This document shows, one piece after another, positions 15,501 to 27,790 of a stretch of DNA of 64,000 nucleotides. Source of the DNA: Phoronis australis (Eukaryota > Animalia > Phoronida). The DNA lies in contig NMRA01000321.1 in the NCBI GenBank assembly GCA_002633005.1, positions 306,724 to 370,723 of the forward strand, written 5' to 3'. The position numbers and the translations under genes are program-made. Under the pieces are notes generated by a model. The model saw nothing but the letters and a program-made list of their open reading frames with translations, searched no databases and had not been told where the DNA came from. Position 1 is the first letter of the stretch; each line of letters opens with the position of its first letter.

Positions 15501-18500
15501 CGTCTTCTGTAGAAATACGCCCCGCTATNCGTAAAACTTAATGTCTCCAAGTTTAAGATTTCATAGAGATGCCACGTTGATGTGCTGTTTCTCCGTCGAA
15601 TCTCTTGTGCAACGATTGTTTTGTCTTATCTGGAACGTCTGACGACTGAAGTCATCGAATTTTTTCGACTTTTAGGTACATGTATCAGGTGGACGTATAG
15701 AAAATATAAATGTTTTTATGCTTTCGACGTTAATGCTGACAATTTGACAGTTTTTTGAAAATGTTGGATTGGTCTTATCGGTAATTGTGAGGTGGGCAAG
15801 AAATGCACGACTCAAAAGCTTTTATTGGAAGGTGTGGACAGGCACATTTTCGACAATCTATAGAGGCGCTGGTTCATACAGGAAAACCAACAATGTCAAA
15901 CTAATCAAGTGTTCAAATTTTAGTGCAACCGCATTTGCTATATGTATGTTGCAGCAATATCAGCCGATAATTATAATCGTTTCGCGATCGTCTTCTGTAG
16001 AAATACGCCCCGCTATTTGAAGACAAAGGTTACGATACTTGTGGACTGATACACGGAATGACAAACGACGAACTAAAGGAAATAGGAATAACTAAAGGAG
16101 CCGATCGCAGAGCACTTCTGGACGACATCAAGCTACTTCCACCAACTGACATCGAAACTGCAGTCCCGGTAGGCATAACTAGCAGGCCACCTGCACACAC
16201 TGGTGCTGTAGTTGATAACTTGTACCCTGTCTATACTACAATCATTAATTTCGTAAGCCAACTCTAGCGCATTATCTTTATCAGGAGCGGTCACTAAATA
16301 GACAGACGCTAAAAGGTGCGACATAATCTTGTAATATCTGGCATCAGAAGCACTGCCATCCGGCCATTTCTGCCAGCTTGTATAACTTCTGTTACCTGTT
16401 CGCGTAAACTGTCCCTTTCCGAACTATTAAAGCAGACTCACGAAAATTTCGATTTCGATATCGTATTCTCGGGCAGTTCTAGGTGAGCCCTATCGTGGGC
16501 GTCTGAGAGGTTTCTTTTTATGGCTGACAATGTACGAAAAACAATTAGTGGAGTCTTTAATTTAAACGCCAATGATGACATTTTTTGTTGTCAGTGCCTT
16601 TTGAGTGTCCCAAATTAAGATTATTTCTGGTCCATTTAAGTGTGATGGTCAGTGTACATTGCATAGTTCACGTGGTGTTTCAACGCGAGAGGGTGATCGC
16701 GGCTGAGACACGCTGGTTCTCCCTTGGTTGGGGCGGGGGTCACACAAATTCGAGAAGTACCTGTTTTGAGTTCACTACCAAGTCTACTGGTGCCTCTCAG
16801 GTGANACACAAATTCGAGAAGTACCTGTTTTGAGTTCACTACCAAGTCTACTGGTGCCTCTCATCGGCATCAGCTCACTCCATCGATTTCAGGTGATAAC
16901 GAGTGAGACTGTTTTGGTTTTAGGATAACTTCGCTAAATGGTTAGAAGAAATTGGATTGGAGAAGTATAAAGTCAACTTTAGGAATAATCACTTAACAGA
17001 CAAGAAAGGCTTTGAAAGGCTGAAGAGCATGTCGATTGACGATATAACAACTGATCTGGGAGTTAAAAAACCAGGTAAATTATTTTAGAAACTTGCAAGG
17101 TATTTCCGGAGTCTTGATGTCAATTTTCACCAATGCACTTTCGTTTCCATTATAAATATCAAGTTTCTCGCATGTTCTATTTTTGCAGGTCACTTGAAAA
17201 GACTTCTTTTAGCCATAAGCCATCTTCGATATCCCACGGAAAGTAAGTCTGTTTTAGTACTATAGTGCACCTGTACCCTGTTTACCCAGCGGTGAGTCTT
17301 ATGTACACGAAGGCAGACAGATTTCGATTGAGTTGGGCATTTTTACTTTCTAGCTTTCTCATTGTGTGAACAGCTATTGTATAAGCAGATTACTTAGTAC
17401 ATAGGAATATATTTTGAAAGATTCTCGAACTAACGAAGTCATTAACCATTGCTGGCAACTCGGATGAGTTACAGAAATTTTAGTTAAATAATTTCTAGCA
17501 AGATAGAAAGGTAACAAATAATCATAGCCACCTTAACATTTCAATTTCAGGAGAAATTCGTATACGTGAGGCCAAATGTGCAATAAATAACGCAAAGCTG
17601 CACGACCTGCGAATACTCAATAAGGAAGAGTTTGAGTATTGGAAGAAGCTAACCGAGTCTGTTTTAAGGCCAGAATCACAGGCATTCGGTCAGGAAGACG
17701 ACCTGCGGGGTATGTGACAGGGGCGGATCCAGGATTTTGAGTTGGGGGGGACAGGAAAGAGTATTAGCCAGGATTTTGCCCGTCAGACATTCGCACCCCC
17801 GAACTGTCAATTGGAATCTGGGATAGTGGGGGGCTTGGCCCCCTTCCCCCCTTTAAGTCCGCCACTGTGTGAATTATGCTTATCAAAAATTGTTTATTAA
17901 GACTTCAGTTTAAGCGTTAAACCAGCTATGCTTTCTCTCAAAAACGTGGCTTTCATCTAGGCCGCTTATCGCAAGGAAATATGTCTTAAATAATATTGTT
18001 TCTTAATTAATACGGGTGCGATTTCTGCTGCTTGGGCAGATGCGACATTTGCTTGCCTTTTCGGAAGAAGCTCTCAAAATTTCCTGTGATGCCGTGACCT
18101 GGAATAGTAACGGTTTGTTTCAATAAAAAACGATCTGTCACGTTTTTCGAGCCAAGAGATCACTGAGAAACTGAGTAAAAAAGAACGTAACACGGCCAAT
18201 GTTATAACGGTAAGAATCCAAGTCAAAGCTTGTTCAGTCTTTTGACTGAAAGCACTGGTTTGTTGCCGATTTGATCGCAGTTACATATACGCGTGCATTT
18301 AGATCTCCAACATTCAATAGCTATTTTTAGACTTTTTGGCTTCCTACATGTTAACAGATTTAAACATGGATTCCTTTTGAGTGCTGGGTCAATTCTAACG
18401 AAAAGTTGAACACGCATGTAATGGTACATGTATTTAGCCAAGTTAGCTCTGTTTCGGATATTTTTTTATTTGACTTCGAAGAAAGTAGATGGATAACATG

Positions 18501-20336
18501 CACTCCATGGAACTCAAGAGGTGAATTTCATATGGACAGTGTCATTCATTGAATATTTTCTCTTCTGTAGATACAACCGTAATTCTGTTGCAGATAAACT
18601 GAGAGAGCTAAGGAACGTCACCCTTGTGACGTTCACTGTCGTCAACGCGCTCTGGATTCTAATCTTAATGTCCGTTTCAATGAAGACGAGCCTAACAATT
18701 TTAGGAAGTAACGCTGTCGGTAAGCAACTGACACTACTAAATTTAACAACTAAAACAAGGGTAATAAGTGTGAGTATATCCTTAGTGTGGTTAGAATTTT
18801 GACAAAAAGCGAAAATCCACGCGTGGGCATCAGGAGCACAGGGGCTTGTTCCTAGAAACTGACTTATAATTTCATTTTTGAGTCTAAGGTTTGCGTCAAA
18901 TTTTGCAATATCCAGATCGGGTGGACTATTACGAAATAAGGCAAAACTTAAGACAAACCGTAATATGACTTTCTTGGAACAGACTTAAGACAAATAATTG
19001 AAGTTTTGTCTTAGAATTGACTGAAATTTAAGATTTGTCGTAGCTAAGTCAATTTTCTTGGACCGGGCCTCAGACGTCTGGGATTTAAGAAGTTCTCAAA
19101 TCCAGACTCCAGGAAGTGTCAGGCAGGCAATCTTCGGCCTGGGAACTTAGCACTTTGAATAGATGCTACCTGTTTAGCTGCACCGTGATAAACTGAACTT
19201 CTGCCTCTTTGAATAAACTACCGAAACTACGACTCTAATGACCTTCCATCAAAGTCTTTTGTCGGTGCTGCCCAGGATGCTATGACCGGTGTCCCACTAG
19301 TCTAAATATGCCTCTCGGCTCTACACATGTACGTAAAAGGTCGATATATTTGAATATCGGGAATAATAGCCTCAGCCTCATTTTGTCGACTTGATATCTA
19401 ACAAAGTTTTATGACTTGTAACTTGTATCTTCCAGTTCAAAAGTGCGCAAATGTCGCGTCATCTTGCTTGAGATTGGCTCAGATGCAAGCTTGATGGCCA
19501 TGGTTGTTTTTCACCCAACGTTCACGACATACGTAACAGTCGTCTGAGAAATGAATATTTTATCACAACTGAAGAGTTTCTTCTATCGACACCCTTCCAA
19601 AACTTCATATTTGCAAAATATCAGCCCCTTTCTATAGAACCCATTCCACCGACCGTGGTGATGAAATTCAGATGACGAGTTTCAGACAATTATCGGCTTG
19701 TATTGGTGTATGGTGCGTCCTTCTATGCGCAGCCCGTTGAAGTAGTGCGTTTACATATCGGCCTCCGCAGTTTACGCTAGTCTGTAGTGTCGTTGGTGCA
19801 GGTAAACAAAATGTAAGCCAATGGAGTTGAACTTTGATTGAGCCTTCAGCACGTCTAATAAAGCTATTGTTGGTAGTGTATATTCAAATGGGATTATAAC
19901 ATAAAATAATTCTTATATTACAGGAGTGTGCTCGCTATTTATATTTGGCTTAGCAATGGTTATCCAACTGTTCTGCATGATGTATCACCGACTTGTAACC
20001 CTGATGCATCGACTAGCCAGAGCATCGTTCACCAGGAAGGGCAGAATCAACACCAGTTGGTCATTCCACAGGAAGGCGCCAGAAATCCCAGACCAGGATG
20101 AAGAAACTGCTCTCCGTTCGCGTGATATGGCGCAGACCATGGCTAAGCGACGACTGACTTCCGAAGGAAGTTCCAGCTACGCGAGCAGTTCTAGATCCGG
20201 GAACATTGATGTAGTGGAGCGTACACCGCTATCGGCCAGTAGGTCAGGGACGGCGAGACGGATATACAGTTCCATGGGTGACCGACAGCCGCTGATGTCC
20301 AACAGAAGCACTCATGAACACTCGGTAGCAATTTAA
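473..20336 (+). CDS. CHS: Chitin synthase (GT2 family), metazoan type with C-terminal tandem SAM domains; 5'-partial, multi-exon
   Basis: AG/GT-bounded exons, phase-consistent within each block. Catalytic/TM block: 473-591 (TPYGMRLSWRLP..HLKDNVK), 2712-2793 (VKNKKRWSQIMYM), 3014-3210 (TTDADV..WYQVFDYAIGHWFQK), 3467-3634 (VLCCPGCFSVYR..MGEDRWLCTLM), 4812-5067 (EFYKQRRRWIPSTLAN), 5907-6022 and 6332-6440 (TM). C-terminal block: 16001-16168, 16924-17074 and 17189-17242 (SAM domains), 17551-17709 (EEFEYWKKL), 18594-18719 (DKLRELRN..NALW), 19924-20336 (IQLFCMMYHRL..stop). The DAD, GEDR and QRRRW motifs are diagnostic of chitin synthase. Confidence 0.95.
940..1155. repeat. Diverged ~42-bp minisatellite, about 5 copies
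   Basis: Repeated cactggacacatgatgtcccacaggcgacaatatattg. Confidence 0.85.
3014..3634 (+). CDS. CHS: Chitin synthase catalytic exons (3014-3210, 3467-3634)
   Basis: DADV, YQVFDYAIGHWFQK, CCPGCFSVYR and GEDRW motifs; canonical splice sites. Confidence 0.95.
4812..5067 (+). CDS. CHS: Chitin synthase exon with QRRRW motif
   Basis: aag|GTTCAA..ACAG|gtttga; VQSGWRLEYCAVSEDSTHCPDEFEEFYKQRRRWIPSTLANQ. Confidence 0.95.
7111..10175. repeat. Perfect 26-bp tandem satellite, about 118 copies, inside a CHS intron
   Basis: Unit GGGATACATTGTACATGTAATAAACA repeated with no visible variant until the N at 10176. Confidence 0.98.
10177..10460. repeat. 32-bp minisatellite, about 9 diverged copies
   Basis: Unit GGCCTAGTTTGAAATAGGTTCTACATGTATAT. 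Confidence 0.9.
11295..12544 (+). CDS. Probable chitin synthase linker exons (11295-11400 and 12475-12544)
   Basis: AG/GT-bounded, open and mutually phase-compatible: CCAKKNEEPLVEAIVEEIRPRRDSRASIPEEPEGE and RLSSVGSINQDDNNDMGLDAALQ. No conserved motif confirms them. Confidence 0.5.
12684..12838 (+). mobile_element. MITE, CAGGGGCGGATCC family (degenerate right end)
   Basis: Same left end and internal sequence (tattagccaggattttg..cagacattcgcac) as the copies at 17718, 31832 and 61570. Confidence 0.75.
13774..13928. mobile_element. MITE with ~20-bp terminal inverted repeats
   Basis: CTGGGCCCAGTTGCATAAAA ... TTTTACGCAACCCGGCCCAG. Confidence 0.7.
14200..14465 (-). mobile_element. Penelope-like retroelement 3' remnant (GIY-YIG C-terminus plus pLTR)
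   Basis: With a frameshift, the minus strand reads approximately TAVGEH..H..IIGKDSNWHSRRIKEFINIRVQHP.LDSDLG, matching the PLE endonuclease tail pattern (H..H..W..R.IKE.I.IR..P..NRD.G). Confidence 0.65.
15028..16017. repeat. Near-identical direct duplication 15028-15528 / 15530-16017 around a single N (probable haplotype overlap)
   Basis: Two copies with SNPs and small indels abutting N15529. Confidence 0.85.
16001..17242 (+). CDS. CHS: Chitin synthase exons encoding two SAM (sterile alpha motif) domains
   Basis: KYAPLFEDKGYD..MTNDELKEIGITKGADRRALLDDI, then FAKWLEEIGLEKYKVNF..DLGVKKPGHLKRLLLAI; both fit the SAM consensus (WL..IGL..Y...F; LGI..GH..R+L). Confidence 0.88.
17718..17867 (+). mobile_element. 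MITE, CAGGGGCGGATCC..TCCGCCACTG family, 5-bp TSD TGTGA
   Basis: Imperfect TIRs flanked by tgtga on both sides; inserted 8 bp into the intron after the CHS donor at 17710. Confidence 0.85.
18839..19072. mobile_element. Degenerate MITE (Harbinger-like ends)
   Basis: GGGGCTTGTTCCTAGAAACTGACTTA ... TAAGTCAATTTTCTTGGACCGGGCCTC imperfect inverted ends. Confidence 0.5.
19924..20336 (+). CDS. CHS: Chitin synthase terminal exon (last TM helix and Ser/Arg-rich tail)
   Basis: cag|GAGTGTGC in phase 1 after 18719; IQLFCMMYHRLVTL resembles the conserved CHS last-helix motif; ends TAA at 20334-20336. Confidence 0.88.
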
Positions 20337-22299
20337 TGGTGGACAAACGATAGCTAAGGGCTGTGTCAAACCAGTGTCTGGGGCCTAATCTTTGCTCTCT
20401 AAATCGAACATATTTTTGACATTTTCCATTCTAGTTTTGTTCTAACTCAGGGGAATTGTCTGTGCTAAAGTACATTCAAAGTGCATAACTGTCTGTGCTA
20501 AAGTACATTCAAAGTGCATAACTGTCTTATCCTGAACTCAAAATCTTTAGTTTTGCTCGTAATCTCGCGTTTTCACACGAGTTTGTAGCACGAATCTAAG
20601 GGTCATCACGTGAGTACTTGAACTAGACAATCATCTGCATAAAACTTACAAGTAGGCCTATTGAGGGCAGAATGTGAGACACTTTGTAAGGTTACTTGAG
20701 ACCTAATCGACACGTCTGTACATTTAACAGGTATCTAGAAAAGTATAAATTTTAATTCAGTAAAAATACATGCATGTATTTTCTGAAAGCAGAAAGGCTG
20801 CGGAATTTGATTTTGGACCAACTGTTATTAATTGGGTCACCTGACCATGTCTGTTTAGTAAAATTTATCAAAAAAGAATGGTACATCGATAGCAAAGCAT
20901 CTGTATCAACAATAGGATCTAATTTTACATGTATTTGATATGAATGTCCAAGGTGAGTACAAGATCGATGTTACAGTTTTCTAAAAATACTATTTATGTT
21001 ATTTAGTTTTTATTTTATCAACTTTAAATCTTTTTAAGAAAATCATAAAAGTACTATTTTTTGATAGCTCCTCACGCAAACGTAGAACATTTAAAAAATA
21101 CAATGTTCTTAAGAATTGTGCATTAATACATTGTATCCGAAAGTTTCGCATGAATCCTCAGCAGTTTCTGCCAAATTTGGTTGTTTTTATAGAGACCTAC
21201 ATAACCATGAAGTCGTACGAAAATAAAACGGACAATGCCAACAATATAATGCGAGTTCGATTTAGAGTGCACAGGTTAGCTCCCGGTTCCAGGATAGTTC
21301 TCAATACATCTCGAAAAGGGCTAAAGAAAGACTAAGTGTTGTACAGCTCGTGTAAAACTCCACGGGCGGTAACAGCTCGTCCAGAGCCCAATACATAAAG
21401 ATCAAGAGTCTCGGACGTTCTTTGATCTAGTTTGAGTAGCAGGGCCCTTCACCAAGAAACCTTCATATTTTAACCCAGCCTTTAATATGGGAGGGGCTCG
21501 AATATATCCGACGATGTGGTCCTTTTACAGACTAAAGCAGCCGAAGGACTAAAAAACGGGGTACCACGTCTAGAGTTGCAAATTGTGCGTTTGCGCCTTC
21601 TTAATGGGCTTTTTGTCTCGTTTTTTCGGGCTTATTGTTTCTCTGAGGCCGACCTTTTTTTCCACCTCGCCAAATGTGGGGGGATCGTTCGAGCCCAGCG
21701 AGCCGCACTCCCTGGATGCGCTCATGTTATGAAGGTATTTGCACACTGCACATGTGATTATTATCTATATTTTCAATTTTAAATTAAACGGAGAGTATAC
21801 TTATAATGCAGTTAGAAATTTTGACGCAATTTGTTGATTATTCTCCCTTGAAATTATGAGGGAGATGTATTCACTGCTTACAGATTGTTGAATAATATTG
21901 TCGACGACTACATGTAGTTACCAGACAAATGTATTACACCGATGTGAATTAATTTTACTTTCAGTATGCTACGGCACTTTTCCACCAAGGCGAAAACGGG
22001 AGAATTAGAGGATATATGTATGAATAATGAAACCGGTTTATTTAAACAAAACAATTTTGCATTAGCATATTACAAGCATAAAATGTAGAAGAGAGTGGTC
22101 AGTGGACTTGGTTGCACGGTCAGGATGACAGCCAAGACATCGGGGGAATGGTTCCATGTAACGCGTTGCCAATACGATCGCGTGTCGACATTTCTTATTA
22201 ATACGATACTATTTACGTACAAAGATGTTGATGCTATAATACATAATTTTATAAGCAAATGTGATTATTTACGTGACTGGGTTTTCGCTAACCGTACAC

Positions 22300-22700
22300 A
22301 AACCCATGTTGGGTTTCCTCCATACACGGGACTAACGACCTCTCGTTTCAGTGTTTAACCAAGTCAAATCCATACACGGGGATAACTGTCTCTCGTCTCA
22401 CTAGTAATCCAAGTCTCAATACTCGGAAGTAACAGCCTCTCATTTTAGTGCTAAGCCAAGTCAAGTCGGGGTGGGGGTAACGGCCTCTCGTTTCACGCCT
22501 AAGCCAAGCAACATCGGGTAACCGCCTCACATTTCAGTGCAAAGCCAATAAACGTCGTTACACTAGGATAACCCCCCCTCAGTTCAACAGTGCTAATCCA
22601 AAGCCGACAATCGTAAACAGGGGTGACCACCTCTCTAAACCAAGTCACCTCGATACATGGGGATAACTGCCTCTTGCTTCGGTGCTAAACCAAGTCGTTT
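22300..22700. repeat. Highly diverged ~40-bp tandem repeat
   Basis: Recurrent aaccaagtca..gggataac.gcctctcgtttcagtgct units. Confidence 0.65.
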
Positions 22701-23649
22701 TACAGGCCCGTAAGAGGGCAAAAATGATTGGGGAGGGGGGCACAAACCAATTCGATTTCTCCAAGCTACCCCCCCCCCTTCCTATGGTCACCATGCACCT
22801 CCGAGTCCGCCCCCCTCCCCGGCCCTACCCCCGATCGCTGGATGCCGCCATTTGTACCGAGCCCCCCACGTCTACCATAGGCTGGGAGAGGGTAATCCGG
22901 GCGGTGCAACCATCAAGATTTGACTGATTGTGGACCAACAAAGTTTCAAGGAGAGTAAGAATGGGCCTAGGGCCAGCGCACTGACGGGTAGCTGGGAGCT
23001 TCCTTAGATAACTGAGATCTAACAGTGTGAAAATACAAAATTAGATGAACTAAATCTAATCACTAGTCAGCTCAGATAGGATTCACTTGATACAGGCAGC
23101 TTTGAGCTTAGCTCGTGCCTCTCTGCGCTGGCTCTAAGGTTAGGATTTGTCATGCTACAGTTTCGGGAAAAAAATACTTTATCATGGTCATTGTTTAGAG
23201 GATGTTTTTGAAAAGGTGAGGTCCCTGATATAGTGCCTTTTAGGCTGCTCCAAAATCCCTGTGTCCCAAAAATGTATTGTACACACTTCAACGGCTGGGG
23301 TTCAAATTCAGTTCTGTGCTGGCTTACTGCATGGTTACACATTATTTTTAACGTGGGTGCGTCAGTCATGGCGTGCTCCGTCTTCGTGATGTGCACGGGA
23401 ATGGCATGCGCAGTGCTGTAGTGGTAAAATTTGAGGTGAGTACGCGCCTAAAACCTACCGTATCACCTTGAGCACTGAACGTAGCGCTACGTTCAAATGC
23501 CAAAAGGTGGTTGGCTGCGCCTACGTGCGCCTACGCCCCCCTACAGCACTGGGCATGCAAACGATTCAGTTTTGAAGAACAAAAATTACCACTGGAAACT
23601 AAAACATCAAGGAAGTGCAAATGCAACCTTTCCAAGTTAATGAGCAATG

Positions 23650-24360
23650 AGTTTAACTTGATTTATTTAAGGACTTAACTCTTTTTCGATTATACGGTTT
23701 GTGAATTTAAACAATTTATTGTCATTCGAATTGTGAGGACACTTTGGGACACTTTGTAAAGCTGTCCGACATTCATCAATATCCTTGGGACTTATTTCAG
23801 ATAGATAAAAATTGTTTAATGTACTTTGCTATTTGTCGATCTGACAATAGATCGACAATTCCCAATGTCAATCTGCAGCTAGGATGAGTGAAGCATCGTC
23901 ATTTCTTACAAGATTAGCTTCTAATTGTCAAAAAACTCATCTATCAATAAGTAGAATTTCGTAATTGCATAAACTCCTTAATCAGAAACATACAATCGAT
24001 TCCATGAGAAATGCGTTTACCTTGATTTAATGACTTAATTCGTTTTTGATCTCCTGTTTGTGACTTTAAACTACAAATCTTGTAACTTAGTCAAAACTCA
24101 ATGCATTTATTGTCGTTTGAATTACGAGTATATTTTTGGAAACCGATGGATTTTCATCAGATGTCTTTAGAGCTATCTTAGATAGGCAAAAATTGTCTAA
24201 GTGTACTGTACTATTTGGGGATCGGATTACAGAGATTTTGCAACTTCAGGCTGCAACTAAATTCACTAAGACTTCATCAATTCTTACAAGATTACCTTCT
24301 AATTGTCAACAAAAATCATTTATGAATCTGTCGATTAAATCAGAAACCAACGAATTCTTT
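23650..24360. repeat. Old diverged ~360-bp tandem duplication
   Basis: Blocks cttgattta..gacttaa, tttattgtc.tt.gaatt and ttcttacaagatta.cttctaattgtcaa each occur twice in register. Confidence 0.6.
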
Positions 24361-26189
24361 CATTAAAACGGAATGTTGTAAGCTATTTCCGCAGGCATGC
24401 TCGCATATTCTTGACGGGTAGCCGTGGGAACATGGGGGATGCGACATTCGTGTTAAGGTGTATTTTTGCTCACTTCAGAGCTACCTGTAACGGTTCAAGG
24501 CCTAAATTTGAATTCCAAATGCAACACGTGTAGTCTTTGTTTATAGTTTCGAGTACTACGAGTACCCCGTTCGATCAAAAATCGTAGCCTTGACAGTCTA
24601 GTTTTCGACATGCGCGAATTCGATACAAACAACTCCTAGTAGCGATCTTCAAAAGAAATTCTATTCTTGTGATACTGTGGGAAAAAGGTAACGTTATTTT
24701 ATAGCTAACTTTCGGAAATAGCCCTTTTGTGTAATTCACAAATAGTGGTCTTCACATTCTTCAATATTCCACCCTTTAGATGGCGGTCAAGCCTAATGGA
24801 TTTTTCACATTTCTGGTTGTTTGTATTGAATGTCTTGATTATGCTGTGCACGAATGTTTTGTGTTTTTGATGAATTTGGAATCTCAGGATCCCCTCGTAA
24901 ACACTTGGCAGCGTCGGATTTACATGCATAGAGGGACAAAGGGACAATTCCCTCGGCCCCACCGAGAAATGCGACACCCTAAGATGAAAAGCTAAACATC
25001 TTTAAGATCGGAAAAGACTGACAGTTCATTCCACCGTCGTGTGACCCTGCAAGAAGTTACCTTCCTCGACATGAAAACCTGCAGTACGTTTTCACAAAAA
25101 ATCGAGATAATCGATTCCAACATCGGGTCCCTTAAGAGTTTTTCAATAAAACACAAAAAGGGTGACAACTTGAATCTCATCAGTGGCCCCCTTAAAGGTC
25201 TGGACCCCTTAATGGGAAAAGATCTACTGTATATTAGTTTTCAAAAATCAGATATGAGCAGCAGTTGACGCTATCTGTCAGGTCATCATTTTTTCTAAAG
25301 CGATAAAAAATTTCGAGAAAAAAACGAAAAAAATAGAGCAATAGTTGTCTTCGCTATCCGTTGCCAGAGAGGGGGCTCTGGAAAAATATTGTTTGCAGCA
25401 AAATCGTCTTATTGAATTTAAACGCCATTGAAGAAAGACATTCCGCAGAAACTTAGCTTGGCAAATTTTCTCGACATTTCGAAATACATGAATGGACGAT
25501 TCAGTGCACGTTTTCAAGTCCGTTTAGACGACCTATGCAGCAGAAACGGGAACGTAACAACAATATCCTGGCCAGAGCCCTCAAAGGGTAAACCTTGCAC
25601 TGGTACTGAGTTGTCAAATGTTTTCTTGAATTTTCTCTCATCTCCGTGTTTCGTAGTCTTCTTTTACTCGACTGTCCCCGGCCTCACGCCTACATGTATG
25701 CCGTTTGCCGCCCTGGATCCTGCATTTTTTTTTTTGGGGGGGGGGCATGTGCTTCCTACGGCTCTGTTTTACAGTGGTTGTAAGCGCACCTTCCGTCACA
25801 AAAAGAAATCTTGTTTTTGATAACTGCGACAACTGAAATCGGCTTAAATCTGTTCCCAAGTCAAAATACATGTAGGTGTGACTGACATTTCGTATCTGCT
25901 TGAGGCTGGACTCAGCAACAATTTGGCGACGTGTTGTTTTATGGGTAGTTCTACACTACCCGTCCCTTCGACACTCACTTTTCGTCAGATAAAGAAACAA
26001 AATGAAAATACGACTCAGTAGCAGTAGAAATCAAAAGGTAGTTGCTTAGATAAACAGTTTGTAACCGCGTTACTTTTTTCAATAAAATGAGTTCTTGAGA
26101 TATACTGCCTGAAGCCAAGACATCTACGAAAACCGAAATGAAATTTCTGTTATCGGCAATGTTTGTCGTTCTTTGTGAAAGCGCAATGT

Positions 26190-26960
26190 AAGAAATTCTG
26201 AACAATTTCGGTCTTTTAATTTTTTCTTGGTTACCCTGCCAAATAAATTTGAAAAACATACGTTCTAGTAGATAAACATCTCTTGACCAATTAATTTTGG
26301 TAACACCGGTGATTTTATGACAATAATTTTGCTGAGAGTAGTTATTGCACTTCTCGACCAGGTATTCAAGTCTTCTTGAATTTCTTGGATTTTCCGAGTA
26401 TAATTCAATCGTGAATAGATTTACGCTGAAGTTTATTCCCAAAAACGTAAATTCACCAAGAAAGATTAGCCTCTGGGAATAAACAAGGGTTATTCTTAGT
26501 CAATTTCTTATCACCGGTCCATATGTAATAAGTTTTGTCCATAGTACTGTAGGTTTCAGTCCCGAAAACATAAAAACTTGGTCCAAGAGGTCCACTGAGT
26601 GCTTTAGTGACTTGTTTGAGATATCAATAATACACTTGAAACGTTGGGCAATACAGCCCGAAAGTATCTTATAGCTTGTGTTGAGTAATTAGTTATTCAC
26701 TGTAAATTCTCAAGATTTATTCCCTTTTGGAATCATAACTCCCTCTTGTTGGCTTGTTGGCAGAGTGTCACGTATAAACTATTGTTAACGAATCTCACTA
26801 GAAAAAACTGACAGATCCTTCGATAAGAATTTGAAGAACTCAACGGAGAAGCGTTACGGGCCGGGCGCCTTATTATTTTTCATACCCTTGATTGGAGAAC
26901 CGGCATCATTTACTGTGATATAACCCAAAGCATTTTACTTGTTGTATTAGCCAATTTCGG
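26190..26960 (-). mobile_element. Degenerate L1/Tx1-like non-LTR retrotransposon ORF2 fragments
   Basis: Minus-strand pieces LPTSQQEGVMIPKGNK..LLNTSYKILSGCIAQR (RT motif region), LGINF and FFKFIWQGNQEKIKR; many stops and frameshifts. Confidence 0.7.
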
Positions 26961-27790
26961 AATAGCAAAATTAGAGGAGATTTTTGACAGTTTCTGCTTG
27001 CCTGAAGGGTAACTCGGTAGAATTAAATCTCGCGACTAGAAAAATCTCTTAGCCAAAATCACTTGTTCTCCTAAAATACACGGCAATATATCACGTAATC
27101 TCGAGAAGTGTTTCTTTTTAGCCAGTTCATATAGTGTGGGTTCTAGCGTTACTGAACTTTCTCCTGGATTCACACCACGAGTTCAACACTGAAAAAGGAT
27201 GTTCACTCAAAATGTTGAGAAAAATAAAGGATTATCTGAAAAGAGGAAAGGCGCACAAAGATTTCACAGTAGTTAAGTATGGTCACATAAATGCGATGTG
27301 ACCAATTAATGGGCACGGATCCGATATGTGCACCAGACTGTAATACATGTACTTACAGATTCAACTCAAGACTAACTGGAATGTGCATATACATGTAACT
27401 AGGCATCCCACGGTGAAGAGGCAGACCAAGAGCTGTCTGAGTGGTGTCCGACGCCATCAAACTGGAAATTCAGACTTCTGATGAGTGTTCACACGAGATT
27501 CTTTTTTTCAGAATTCTGATCTGCTTTGAGGTCGAACAGAGTGAGAACGGGGCATTAGTGTAAGGCACCCGCAGACAAACCCTTTAGGTACGGCAGTGGA
27601 GAAATTATTCGGATTGACTTTGGCACTGAGAAACCATAGCTACAAGTCCGACTCATGTTTGATGACGAAGCGACTAAAGTCCGGTCGACGTTATATTGAT
27701 ACCGCGTACAGTCTACGCATCATTCATTTACTCTTTGTAGATAAGCAGAGTGGCAGACAGATTCAGTAGCCGAGTGAGAGGTACAAGATC

